DNA of 64,000 bases from Verrucomicrobiia bacterium. Lineage in GTDB: Bacteria > Verrucomicrobiota > Verrucomicrobiia > Limisphaerales > UBA11358. The notes below the pieces were generated by a model, which did no database searches, had not been told where the DNA came from, and worked only from the letters and a program-made list of their open reading frames with translations. Positions 1 through 8,585 of this stretch are shown here, in pieces. Every line of letters starts with the position of its first letter. The stretch's first letter is position 1. Where the stretch lies: contig DATAST010000262.1 of assembly GCA_036269115.1 (NCBI GenBank), positions 3,386 through 67,385 on the forward strand. The letters are read 5' to 3'. A program made the translations under genes and the position numbers.

Positions 1-79
1 CGATCAGAACATTGAACGCCATGCCGTTCCTCCCTTCTTCCTTATGCTTTTGGGCGATCATGAATTCGTCTGTGAACAT
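1..79 (-). CDS. hypothetical cassette ORF, 5' part only (MFTDEFMIAQKHKEEGRNGMAFNVLI...), continues beyond the left edge
   Basis: The minus-strand ATG at 79 lies 11 nt after the attC core GTTAGGC (97-91). The frame stays open to the window edge. The fragment is too short to assign a family. Confidence 0.45.
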   Translation of the reverse strand, partial: MFTDEFMIAQKHKEEGRNGMAFNVLI

Positions 80-90
80 TGAGTAATGTG

Positions 91-195
91 GCCTAACGCG
101 CCAAAGCTGAGCCACGGCGCGAAAAATCACAAGTATGAATTTGTAACAAATGAAAAACGAAGGAGCAGCCCATTGGCTCCAGTGATGTGTTAGAC
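91..195 (-). mobile_element. integron attC recombination site (105 nt)
   Basis: Minus strand reads GTCTAAC(195-189)-ACATCA-CTGGAGCC(182-175)...GGCTCAG(113-107)-CTTTGGCGC-GTTAGGC(97-91). The ends fit RYYYAAC/GTTRRRY. The inner boxes pair except for one extra G on the left arm. It shares an identical 21-nt block and a near-identical 27-nt block with the site at 780-936. Confidence 0.8.
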
Positions 196-207
196 AACAA
201 TGTCGAA

Positions 208-762
208 TCATTCAAATGCACTCTTGAACTCATCAATAATCCTTTGGGAGTTTAGCTCCTTGACGGAAGCGAATATGATGTCGCTACCAGAATCTGAAAA
301 CCAAATCGCCAAATATGGGTCGGCGTTCGGGAAATCAAAAACTCCTTCACTTTTCAACTCTCGGAGCGCCCTGGTAAACGTGCTCCGATAGGCTCTAATA
401 TGCGCAATTTCAAACTCATCCATCACGAAATCATCGGCATCTTTTGAATGCAGACCGGAAAACTGCTGGTTGAGGACAGCGATGAGTGGGGTGACGGCGC
501 TGAGCGCCTTATGATCCCAGTGAATCCACTCATCTACACAATACCGATAATAGCTTCCGTCCTTTTTAATGTCTTGAGTTCGATTCCATGCCGCTACCAA
601 ATCTTTGATTTCATAAGTCTCGCCCGGCAAGAGTGCAAAGCCATAAATATCTGAATGCTGCGCTCTCAACTGCGCGACATATTGCCTGATGGCTTGCTTG
701 GTGCCATCAAGCAATTCGTGCCGCTCTGATGCCAGCCATTCTTTGAGTGTTTCTTTATTCAT
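208..762 (-). CDS. DUF4303-like small protein (184 aa), integron cassette cargo
   Basis: The ATG at 762 lies 17 nt after the attC core. The longer track ORF (to 858) reads through the attC and is not credible. The motifs IYGFALLPGE...YYRYCVDEWIHW resemble the DUF4303 family. GC looks lower than in neighbouring genes. Confidence 0.7.
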   Translation of the reverse strand: MNKETLKEWLASERHELLDGTKQAIRQYVAQLRAQHSDIYGFALLPGETYEIKDLVAAWNRTQDIKKDGSYYRYCVDEWIHWDHKALSAVTPLIAVLNQQFSGLHSKDADDFVMDEFEIAHIRAYRSTFTRALRELKSEGVFDFPNADPYLAIWFSDSGSDIIFASVKELNSQRIIDEFKSAFE

Positions 763-779
763 AGCATGGTGAACTTTTG

Positions 780-936
780 GCCTAACGATCCAAAGCTGAG
801 CCACGCCGATCCGTCTTCGCTCGGCTACGACGGGACAAGCCGGCGAGTGGCTCCGCAAACTCGATAATCGTTGTATAATTCAAACCGTCCATAAATTCAA
901 GGGGCAGTCGGCGTTGGCTCCAGTGATGTGTTAGGC
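780..936 (-). mobile_element. integron attC recombination site (157 nt)
   Basis: Minus strand reads GCCTAAC(936-930)-ACATCA-CTGGAGCC(923-916)...GGCTCAG(802-796)-CTTTGGATC-GTTAGGC(786-780). The outer boxes are perfect reverse complements. The helix extends (AACGCCGAC vs TCGGCGT) with a second bulged base on the same arm. Confidence 0.8.
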
Positions 937-1080
937 CACATGGCTCGTATCTCCATGCCTCTCGATTCTGCGATGCTGCTCCAGCCAAGGCATCGCCTCC
1001 GACATAGGCAAAACCAATCCAATGTCCAGCAACTGAAAATGCTCGCGAGCTATCTGCACGAACTCCTGCACATCCACCAT
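931..1080 (-). CDS. hypothetical 49-aa cassette ORF (MVDVQEFVQIAREHFQLLDIGLVLPMSEAMPWLEQHRRIERHGDTSHVA)
   Basis: It has an ATG at 1080. Its TAA stop (933-931) is formed inside the attC box GCCTAAC. It is below the ORF-track length cutoff and was found by manual translation. Confidence 0.4.
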   Translation of the reverse strand: MVDVQEFVQIAREHFQLLDIGLVLPMSEAMPWLEQHRRIERHGDTSHVA

Positions 1081-1146
1081 GGCCGCGGGTCAGATTCGCG
1101 CTGTCGCGCGGCTTCGCAGTTAGCGGCTTGATTTTTGGGGCTTTTA

Positions 1147-1186
1147 CCCAGGGCTGCGCTCACGGATTCGCTTGGCCCTGGGCTAC
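1147..1186. repeat. GC-rich palindrome followed by CTAC (possible REP-like element)
   Basis: CCCAGGGC (1147-1154) pairs with GCCCTGGG (1175-1182) across a 20-nt loop and is followed directly by CTAC. Confidence 0.4.
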
Positions 1187-1422
1187 AAATAGGTCACCCC
1201 GATGGGGTTCAGACAGCTTCGCCGACAGATAAGATCTTTCCTTCGCCTTTCCTGGAACCTAATGCAATATCTGGGTTTTAACCTTTCTACGTTTTAACCC
1301 TTTTCAACTTTTCAACAGTCACGCCTCCGCCCGTAATTCGGCCCTTCGAACCCGCAGACAAAACTTCCCCTTTATTCGCCGCTTTTTTGGGGTATTCTGA
1401 TTCCGTGACGTTAACCGAGCAA

Positions 1423-2685
1423 ATGACGCAATTGGCTAAACAGGCCAAAGCTGCGTCGCGCGAACTGGCTACGCTCTCAACTGAGGCGAAGAACCAGTGC
1501 CTGGCCGCCATGGCCGATGCCCTGGAACAGAGCGGTGACGCCATCAAAGAAGCCAACGCGCTGGATATGGAAACCGCGGCCAACCACGGTTTACCGGCGG
1601 CCATGTTGGATCGTCTTAAACTGGATGATAAACGGATTTCAGCCATGGCAAAGGGCCTGCGCGAAGTCGCCGCGCTTCCCGATCCTGTGGGCAAAATCCT
1701 GGACGAGCGTGTCCGGCCCAATGGCTTAAAACTCCAAAAGATTTCCACACCCATTGGAGTCGTCGTGATCATTTACGAGTCGCGTCCCAACGTGACGGCC
1801 GATGCCGCGAGCCTGTGCTTTAAATCCGGCAATGCGACCATTTTACGCGGCGGCAAGGAAGCCATGCATTCCAATCAGCTCATCGCGCGGGTGATGATTG
1901 ACGCCGGGAAAAAAGTGCTGGCGCATTTTCCCGAACACGCCATCCAGGTCGTGCCTGTGCCCGATCGTGAGGCCATTCCGCTCCTGCTCGGCCTCACGCA
2001 ATATATCGACCTGTGCATGCCGCGCGGTGGCGAGGGACTCATTCGGGCTGTAACTGAATGCTCCAAGGTCCCCGTCATCAAACATTATAAAGGCGTCTGC
2101 CACGTTTTTGTGGATGCGGACGCCGACCTGGCCATGGCCGAGAACATCGCCATGAATGCCAAAGTCCAGCGTCCCGCGGTTTGCAACGCCATGGAAACCC
2201 TGCTCGTGGATAAAAAGATCGCCGCGGCCTTTCTTCCCGGGATCGGCAAAAAATTGGCCGAGAAGAAAGTGGAACTGCGATGTGACTCCGCCGCTTTGGC
2301 GCAGCTTTCAGCCCTAAACGGGCAACTGCGCCTCAAACCCGCCGCAGAACAGGACTGGTTCACCGAATATAACGATTATATTTTAAACGTGCGCGTCGTG
2401 GACGACGTCGCCCAGGCGATCGATCATGTGAATCATTACGGATCGGCGCATTCGGACAGCATCGTCACCCGTAACGAAGACCACGCCCGAAAATTTCTGA
2501 GCGAAGTGGACTCTGCCACCGTTTATTGGAACGCGAGCACGCGATTTACCGACGGCGGGGAATTCGGCATGGGCGCGGAAATTGGCATCAGCACCGATAA
2601 AATCGGCGCTCGCGGACCCATGGGCCTGGCAGAACTGACGAGCTATAAGTGGGTCGGCATAGGGTCCGGGCAAATCCGCACTTAA
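1423..2685 (+). CDS. proA: gamma-glutamyl phosphate reductase
   Basis: Full-length similarity to ProA is recognisable (aldehyde dehydrogenase fold, ...IYESRPNVT..., ...HGSAHSD...). The ATG at 1423 is preferred over the TTG at 1387. Confidence 0.9.
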   Translation: MTQLAKQAKAASRELATLSTEAKNQCLAAMADALEQSGDAIKEANALDMETAANHGLPAAMLDRLKLDDKRISAMAKGLREVAALPDPVGKILDERVRPNGLKLQKISTPIGVVVIIYESRPNVTADAASLCFKSGNATILRGGKEAMHSNQLIARVMIDAGKKVLAHFPEHAIQVVPVPDREAIPLLLGLTQYIDLCMPRGGEGLIRAVTECSKVPVIKHYKGVCHVFVDADADLAMAENIAMNAKVQRPAVCNAMETLLVDKKIAAAFLPGIGKKLAEKKVELRCDSAALAQLSALNGQLRLKPAAEQDWFTEYNDYILNVRVVDDVAQAIDHVNHYGSAHSDSIVTRNEDHARKFLSEVDSATVYWNASTRFTDGGEFGMGAEIGISTDKIGARGPMGLAELTSYKWVGIGSGQIRT

Positions 2686-2753
2686 CAGCCCATTAAAAAA
2701 ACGATTTTACGGTTCGGTATTGGCAGAGAAGAATTTTAAATTAGATTTGAACC

Positions 2754-3311
2754 ATGCAAACGGCGGCAAAGAGCGATTGGACAAGCGTTGAAGATTATCT
2801 CGCCGCTGAAGAGAGCAGCGAGGTGCGCCATGAGTATCTTGGCGGCATCGTCTATGCCATGGCTGGTGAAACGCGCGCACACGGTATCATTGTGCTCAAT
2901 CTCGCGTTTGCCATTCGCGAACATCTGCGAGGCAAACCTTGCGAGGTGCATGCCAAGGACATCCGCGTGAACTTCGACATGCGCAATGACGAATACTTTT
3001 ACTATCCGGATATTGTGATTACCTGTGACAAGCGCGATAACCATCCGCGCTGGATTCGATTTCCGAAACTCATTGTCGAGGTTCTTTCCGAAAGTACCGA
3101 GCGCATTGACCGGCGGGAAAAGTTTTTCGCTTATACCAGCATGCCGTCGCTGGAAGAGTATGCGCTCGTGGGGCAAAATCAAAAGGAAGTGACCGTTTTC
3201 CGCCGTAGCAACCGCTGGAAGGCCGAGCGATTTTCAGGCTCCGGTGCAAAGGTTGCATTCGCTTCCGTTAAATTCCAGCTCCCGCTGGCTGCGATCTACG
3301 AAGGCATTTAA
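2754..3311 (+). CDS. Uma2-family (DUF820) restriction-endonuclease-like protein
   Basis: The size (185 aa) and the motifs HEYLGG..YAMAG, PDIVI and EVLSEST are typical of Uma2. Confidence 0.75.
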   Translation: MQTAAKSDWTSVEDYLAAEESSEVRHEYLGGIVYAMAGETRAHGIIVLNLAFAIREHLRGKPCEVHAKDIRVNFDMRNDEYFYYPDIVITCDKRDNHPRWIRFPKLIVEVLSESTERIDRREKFFAYTSMPSLEEYALVGQNQKEVTVFRRSNRWKAERFSGSGAKVAFASVKFQLPLAAIYEGI

Positions 3312-3317
3312 AACTCG

Positions 3318-4640
3318 ATGTCGCCCCAGGAAACAGCGACAGCCGTCCGCGACTCGCTCCCGTCTGGCGGACTTTTTGCCGGATTGAAATGGCGAACTGC
3401 CGTATCGCCGCTTGCTCTCGACCCGGAGCTTGCCAACGAACTCGAATCTCTCGGACGGGTGCTGCTCCAGTTCTATCGCGCGGTTAATCTTCTGTATCGC
3501 AAAAGCGTCGAAGGGAAGCAACCAGAATGGGTGGCTCGCTGGCTGGATCTGGGCAAGCCTCGGGAACTGATCGCCCTGCAACGCGCGCCGGCTTTCAAGA
3601 ATGACGTCCCGCGTGTTATCCGCCCGGACATTTTGCTGACGGAGAACGGTTTTTGCATCAGCGAATTGGACTCGGTCCCTGGTGGAATTGGCCTGACAGC
3701 ATGGCTGAACCAGGCCTATTCCAAATTTGATGGCCGCCCGACGATCATCGGCGGCAACGATGGAATGTTTAAGGGGTTCGACGGCATCTTCGGTGACGCT
3801 AAAAATGTCCAGGTCGTCGTCTCGGACGAAGCCGCCACCTATCGCCCGGAGATGGAATGGATGGCGGCCAGGGATTCCAGGTTCCAGGTCAGGGATTCGA
3901 AGTTTGAAGATTTTACCGAGGGCGATGCGGTTTATCGCTTCTTTGAGTTATTCGACATTGCAAACGTAGCGAATTCGAAAAAAATCTTTTCGCTGGCTGC
4001 CGAAGGTAAAATCCGGCTGACGCCACCGCCCAAAACCATTTTTGAGGAGAAGATGCTTTTTGCGCTGTTATGGAACTGGAACCTGCGCGATTTCTGGAGG
4101 CAGGAACTTGGCGAAAGCTTTTTCTCGCGGTTAAAACGCGCGGTTCCTTATACCTGGCTGCTGGATCCCGCGCCATTGCCGCAGCATGCGGCGTTTCCGG
4201 GGCTGAACCTGACTGACTGGCACCAGCTGAAAACCCTGTCGCAAAAGGAGCGCGACCTGATTTTGAAGATTTCCGGTTACTCGGAAAAGGCATGGGGCGC
4301 CCGCGGAGTATTTCTGGGCAGCGACTTGTCTCATGCCGATTGGGCCGCTGCGGTGGACCAGGCGCTCGCCGGCTTCGAAAAATCTCCATTTGTCCTGCAG
4401 AAATACGAACGCCCGAAACTGGTCGAGACAAGCTGGTTTGATTTCCAGAAAGCCGAAGTTGTCTCCATGCGAGGACGCGCGCGCCTGTGTCCTTACTATT
4501 TCGTGACCGGCGAAGGGGAAAACGCCCGACCGCACATCGGCGGCATCCTGGCCACCATCGTTCCCGCAGACAAAAAGATCATCCACGGAATGACCGACGC
4601 TGTTTTAGCGCCGTGCGCTGTCAAGCAACGAGATGGATGA
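3318..4640 (+). CDS. conserved hypothetical protein, possibly ATP-grasp-like (circularly permuted type)
   Basis: This 440-aa ORF has coding-like composition and starts 7 nt after the Uma2 stop. The segment RPDILLTENGFCISELDSVPGGIG only weakly recalls ATP-grasp/GspS-like folds. Confidence 0.35.
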   Translation: MSPQETATAVRDSLPSGGLFAGLKWRTAVSPLALDPELANELESLGRVLLQFYRAVNLLYRKSVEGKQPEWVARWLDLGKPRELIALQRAPAFKNDVPRVIRPDILLTENGFCISELDSVPGGIGLTAWLNQAYSKFDGRPTIIGGNDGMFKGFDGIFGDAKNVQVVVSDEAATYRPEMEWMAARDSRFQVRDSKFEDFTEGDAVYRFFELFDIANVANSKKIFSLAAEGKIRLTPPPKTIFEEKMLFALLWNWNLRDFWRQELGESFFSRLKRAVPYTWLLDPAPLPQHAAFPGLNLTDWHQLKTLSQKERDLILKISGYSEKAWGARGVFLGSDLSHADWAAAVDQALAGFEKSPFVLQKYERPKLVETSWFDFQKAEVVSMRGRARLCPYYFVTGEGENARPHIGGILATIVPADKKIIHGMTDAVLAPCAVKQRDG

Positions 4641-4699
4641 CGGCTAGGGCGCGCGTTGCGCCAGCGCCGCGTCCAGATCGACGGTGTGCGCGTTTCGTT

Positions 4700-4746
4700 C
4701 CGCCCGCTCTGCGCGGGCGGGGACATCGCAACGCGATGTCCCTACC
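4700..4746. repeat. two tandem GC-rich hairpins, the second ending in CCCTACC (REP-like); likely bidirectional terminator
   Basis: CCGCCCGC/GCGGGCGG forms a hairpin at 4700-4720. GGGACATCGC-AAC-GCGATGTCCC forms a second at 4720-4742, followed by TACC. The pair lies between convergent genes. Confidence 0.6.
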
Positions 4747-4747
4747 G

Positions 4748-5320
4748 TTATTTGCTTCCCGGCTTCACGGCCGGAAGCGCCTTGAGATCCGGCGGCAATT
4801 TGTCCGGCTCGAAAGCCTCGACCTTCAGCGACAGCAAACTCACAAACGGCACCCCGAATTTTACTTCGCCATTTGAGCGGTCGACGATGGCAGCCACGCC
4901 GACGACATACCCGCCGTTGGCATGAACGATGTCTAAAGTTTCCTGGACCCGGCCGCCGCGCGTGACGACGTCCTCTATCACCAGAATTTTTTCGCCGCGC
5001 TCGATCTTGAAACCGCGCCGCAATACCAGTTTGCCCTCCTCTTTCTCCACGAAAATAAAGCGCGCCCGGCGTTGTCGAGCGACTTCCTGTCCAATGACGA
5101 GCCCGCCAACGGCCGGAGCTATTACCGTGATGGCCTCGAATTTCTCAACCTTTTTTGCGAGCGCGCCCCCGAGTTGTTCCACCACGGGCATTTCCTGGAG
5201 CGCTAGCGCGCATTGGAAGAATTCCCGGCTGTGCAAGCCGCTGCGTAAAATGAAATGGCCTTCGAGGAAAGCGCCGGTGTCGCGGAAAACATTTAAAACC
5301 TCTTCTTGCGTCATGGCCAA
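4748..5320 (-). CDS. pyrE: orotate phosphoribosyltransferase
   Basis: It is 190 aa with the PRTase motif ILVIEDVVTRGG and the N-terminal segment GHFILRSGLHS. Confidence 0.9.
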   Translation of the reverse strand: MAMTQEEVLNVFRDTGAFLEGHFILRSGLHSREFFQCALALQEMPVVEQLGGALAKKVEKFEAITVIAPAVGGLVIGQEVARQRRARFIFVEKEEGKLVLRRGFKIERGEKILVIEDVVTRGGRVQETLDIVHANGGYVVGVAAIVDRSNGEVKFGVPFVSLLSLKVEAFEPDKLPPDLKALPAVKPGSK

Positions 5321-5428
5321 AGACTACGGTCAAACTTGAAAGACGGGCAATAACTTTGTTGGAAGAAACGGATTTAGACTTCAGTTTTCGGTATTTTTCT
5401 TTTCGTCCGGCGTTTAACCTTTGCCGGC

Positions 5429-6082
5429 ATGTTGAAATGGCTGAAGTTTTTCATCGCGATCCTGCTGTTGCCGGCGTGCGCCGGCCTGGCGATGGCGTTG
5501 GGAGCCGTTTTGCGCTCATGCGGCGGCGCTGACATCACATGGGTCCCATTTTTGGCCGGGGTCGCGTGCTGGTGCGTCATTTTTTTCCTTTTGCCAAAAC
5601 CGATGTGGATTTATGTGTTCGGCCACGAATTCACCCATGCGCTTTGGGCGTGGCTGTTTGGCGGACGGTTGAAAAAGATGAAGGTCACTTCCCGTGGCGG
5701 GCACGTGGTCGTGACCAAAACCAATTTTCTGATCACGCTCGCACCGTATTTCTTCCCTCTTTACGCGGTCATTGTCATCGCGATTTTTGCTTCAGGGCAT
5801 TGGATTTGGGGCTGGACGCAATTTTTCGTCTATTTCCATTTGTTGCTGGGGGTGGCTTATGCCTTTCACGTCACGCTGACGTTTGAGACGCTACAAACGC
5901 AACAAAGCGATATTACCTCGCAAGGATATTTGTTTTCCGGCGTTGTCATCTTCCTGGGCAACGCCGGCATATTGCTTTTTGGAATTCCCTTGCTGGCGGG
6001 CAACATTCGGGCCGGGACCGCGCTCAGATATTGGTTCAATGATACGGTGACAGTACTCCATTGGCTGGAAAAACTGGTGTAG
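5429..6082 (+). CDS. polytopic membrane protein with an HExxH motif (zincin-like, DUF3267/M50-like)
   Basis: It has 5-6 predicted TM segments and the motif GHEFTHALW at a membrane boundary. Confidence 0.5.
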   Translation: MLKWLKFFIAILLLPACAGLAMALGAVLRSCGGADITWVPFLAGVACWCVIFFLLPKPMWIYVFGHEFTHALWAWLFGGRLKKMKVTSRGGHVVVTKTNFLITLAPYFFPLYAVIVIAIFASGHWIWGWTQFFVYFHLLLGVAYAFHVTLTFETLQTQQSDITSQGYLFSGVVIFLGNAGILLFGIPLLAGNIRAGTALRYWFNDTVTVLHWLEKLV

Positions 6083-6293
6083 CGGCGGCCAGTCTGGCGA
6101 TGGTGACGGCGCGCGGAAAAGCCCGCGCCAACGTCCGACTACGCTCGTTGCGCCGCTACTCGCGGCGCGGACAGCGTCTTGATGCATCGGGATCCCTGCC
6201 AAGGACGATGGCAAGACGCGCCCCTCGTCCAAAATGTCAATAATTCGGTCTTGAATTCGGGCCGTTTCCGTTCAAAACTTGAAACCGTACGAT

Positions 6294-6758
6294 ATGGACT
6301 TGGCTGATATTTTGACGAAAGCGCAAATCGTCCCCGAATTGCGCGCAACCAACCGCTGGGAAGCCATTGACGAACTGATTGATAATCTCGTTTCGACGGG
6401 AAAAATTCAGCCCGCCGATCGCGATGCCGTTACTGCGGCTGTAAAGAAGCGCGAAACCTCCATGAGCACCGGGATCGGGTTCGGGATTGGCATCCCGCAC
6501 GCCTCGACGGATTTGATTTACGAGGTGGTCGGTTCCCTGGGGCGCTCCAACAATGGCGTCAACTTCGACGCTTTGGACAACCAGCCCGTCAAGCTCGTCA
6601 TGCTCTTTCTCGTGCCGCAGGGTCAGTTTCAAAAACACCTTCATACGCTGGCCAATATCGCCAAACTCCTCCATAAACCGGAATTCCGCCAGGCTCTTGA
6701 AAAAGCGCCGGACGCCGATGCCATGCTTACGGCGATTCGGGAATTTGGGAAAAAATAG
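6294..6758 (+). CDS. ptsN: PTS EIIA(Ntr)-type regulatory protein
   Basis: It carries the EIIA fructose/mannitol-type motif GIGFGIGIPHAS with the phospho-His. The ATG at 6294 is preferred over the TTG at 6279. Confidence 0.8.
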   Translation: MDLADILTKAQIVPELRATNRWEAIDELIDNLVSTGKIQPADRDAVTAAVKKRETSMSTGIGFGIGIPHASTDLIYEVVGSLGRSNNGVNFDALDNQPVKLVMLFLVPQGQFQKHLHTLANIAKLLHKPEFRQALEKAPDADAMLTAIREFGKK

Positions 6759-6848
6759 GCTCCCTCGCCAGGAACGTATACCTGGGTGGCGCTCTGCCAC
6801 ACCCGTTTCTTTCGTGTAAATTTGCGTATTTCGTGGTTAAATTTCCGC

Positions 6849-8573
6849 GTGTTGCCGCATAAACAAATTGAATTGCAGTTGCAAGCTGCTGTCCGGGAAG
6901 CCCTGCCGGACGCCAATCCCTCCGTAGTACTGGTCCGCCCTTGTCCGGACCCGAAATTTGGTGATTATCAAAGCAATGCCTTAATGTCCCTGGCAAAGGC
7001 GCGGAAAATGAATCCTCGCCAACTCGCTGAGGACGTCGTTAAAAAGCTGGATGTTTCGGCCACCTGCGAAAAAGTGGAAATCGCCGGCGCTGGCTTTCTG
7101 AATTTTCGGCTTAAAGATTCCGCCCTCGCTCAAACTCTAGAATTAATGGCCCGCGGCGGCCCTCTCTTTTTTGAAAAGGCTTCTCATCCGAAAACCGCGG
7201 TGATTGACTTCAGCTCGCCCAACGTCGCCAAGCCGATGCACGTTGGTCACATTCGATCTACCTTTCTCGGTGATACCCTCGCCCGCGCGCTCCGCCTCCT
7301 GGGCCATCACGTCATCACCGACAATCATATTGGTGATTGGGGGACACAGTTTGGAAAATTGTTGGTGGGCTGGAAGAAACATCTAAACGCTGAAGCTCTC
7401 AAGTCCGATGCGATTTCGGAATTGGAACGGCTTTACAAGTTCATCGACGCCGCCGGTAAATCGGATCCGGCTGTTTTAGAGGAAGCCCGGCTCGAATTGG
7501 TCAAACTTCAGAATAGCGATTTTGAAAATCTTAAAATCTGGCGCGATATGATCGCGCTATCCGAAAAGCGGTTTGACGAGATTTATTCGCGCCTAGGAAT
7601 CAAATTCGATTTCACCTATGGCGAGAGCTTCTACAATGACCGGTTGAAACCATTAGTGGATGAATTTCTTCAAAAGAATATCGCGCGCGAAAGCGAAGGC
7701 GCCATCGCGATCTTCTTTGACGACGATCCTCAATTAAAGGACAAACCGGCACTTATTCGCAAAAGCGACGGCGGGTTCAACTATTCAACTACAGACCTGG
7801 CAACGCTGGCGTTTCGGCTGGAAAAATGGAAACCGGACGAAATCATTTACGTGACAGATGGCCGGCAACAATTGCATTTTCACCAGATATTCACAGCGTT
7901 CCGCAAGTGGCAGACTGAATCAAAAACTAAACTTGCCCACGTTTGGTTCGGAGCGATCCTGGGCGAAGATGGCAAACCATTTAAAACCCGCAGCGGCGAA
8001 ACGGTCAAACTGGCTGATTTGCTGGATGAAGCGGAAGAACGCGCTTTCAAGATCGTCACGGAGAAAAATCCGGATCTACCGGAATCGTCGCGTCGTGAAA
8101 TCGCGAGGGTTGTCGGCATTGGCGCTGTGAAATACGCCGACCTCTTGCCGAATCGTCAGAGCGATTACGTTTTTAGTTGGGATAAAATGTTGGCGCTTAA
8201 TGGAAACACCGCTCCCTATTTACAATACGCTTATGCGCGTATTCGGAGCATTTTCAGAAAACTGGATAAGCCATTTACTCCAGGAGTGAATCAGACCATC
8301 CGGCTGGCCACTCCCGAAGAAGCTAACCTGGCGAAGCATTTGTTGAACTTCGGCCTGACGCTGGAGGCCGTTGCGGAAGAGTACCGACCAAATTTCCTGT
8401 GCATTTACCTTTACGAGCTCGCCGGTAAATTTACGTCTTTTTATGAAAACTGCCCGGTCCTCAAAGCGGACAGCGAAACCCGAGACTCTCGGCTAGTCCT
8501 CTGCGATTTGACTGCCCGTGTATTGAAACAAGGCCTGGACGTGTTGGGAATTGAAACTGTGGAACAGATGTGA
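6849..8573 (+). CDS. argS: arginine--tRNA ligase
   Basis: It has the class I HIGH-type motif PNVAKPMHVGHIRS and a full-length ArgS architecture ending in ...VEQM. The start is uncertain (GTG 6849 / TTG 6852; the track ORF begins at 6786). Confidence 0.9.
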   Translation: MLPHKQIELQLQAAVREALPDANPSVVLVRPCPDPKFGDYQSNALMSLAKARKMNPRQLAEDVVKKLDVSATCEKVEIAGAGFLNFRLKDSALAQTLELMARGGPLFFEKASHPKTAVIDFSSPNVAKPMHVGHIRSTFLGDTLARALRLLGHHVITDNHIGDWGTQFGKLLVGWKKHLNAEALKSDAISELERLYKFIDAAGKSDPAVLEEARLELVKLQNSDFENLKIWRDMIALSEKRFDEIYSRLGIKFDFTYGESFYNDRLKPLVDEFLQKNIARESEGAIAIFFDDDPQLKDKPALIRKSDGGFNYSTTDLATLAFRLEKWKPDEIIYVTDGRQQLHFHQIFTAFRKWQTESKTKLAHVWFGAILGEDGKPFKTRSGETVKLADLLDEAEERAFKIVTEKNPDLPESSRREIARVVGIGAVKYADLLPNRQSDYVFSWDKMLALNGNTAPYLQYAYARIRSIFRKLDKPFTPGVNQTIRLATPEEANLAKHLLNFGLTLEAVAEEYRPNFLCIYLYELAGKFTSFYENCPVLKADSETRDSRLVLCDLTARVLKQGLDVLGIETVEQM

Positions 8574-8585
8574 ACAACGGTTCCG

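Noticed and set aside
782-988. 68-aa minus-strand ORF and the 5' extension of ORF 208-858
   Set aside because: Both read straight through the attC element at 780-936. The repeated peptide-like strings (VAQLW.VRP, LTHHWSQ) are translations of the conserved attC arms, not protein motifs.
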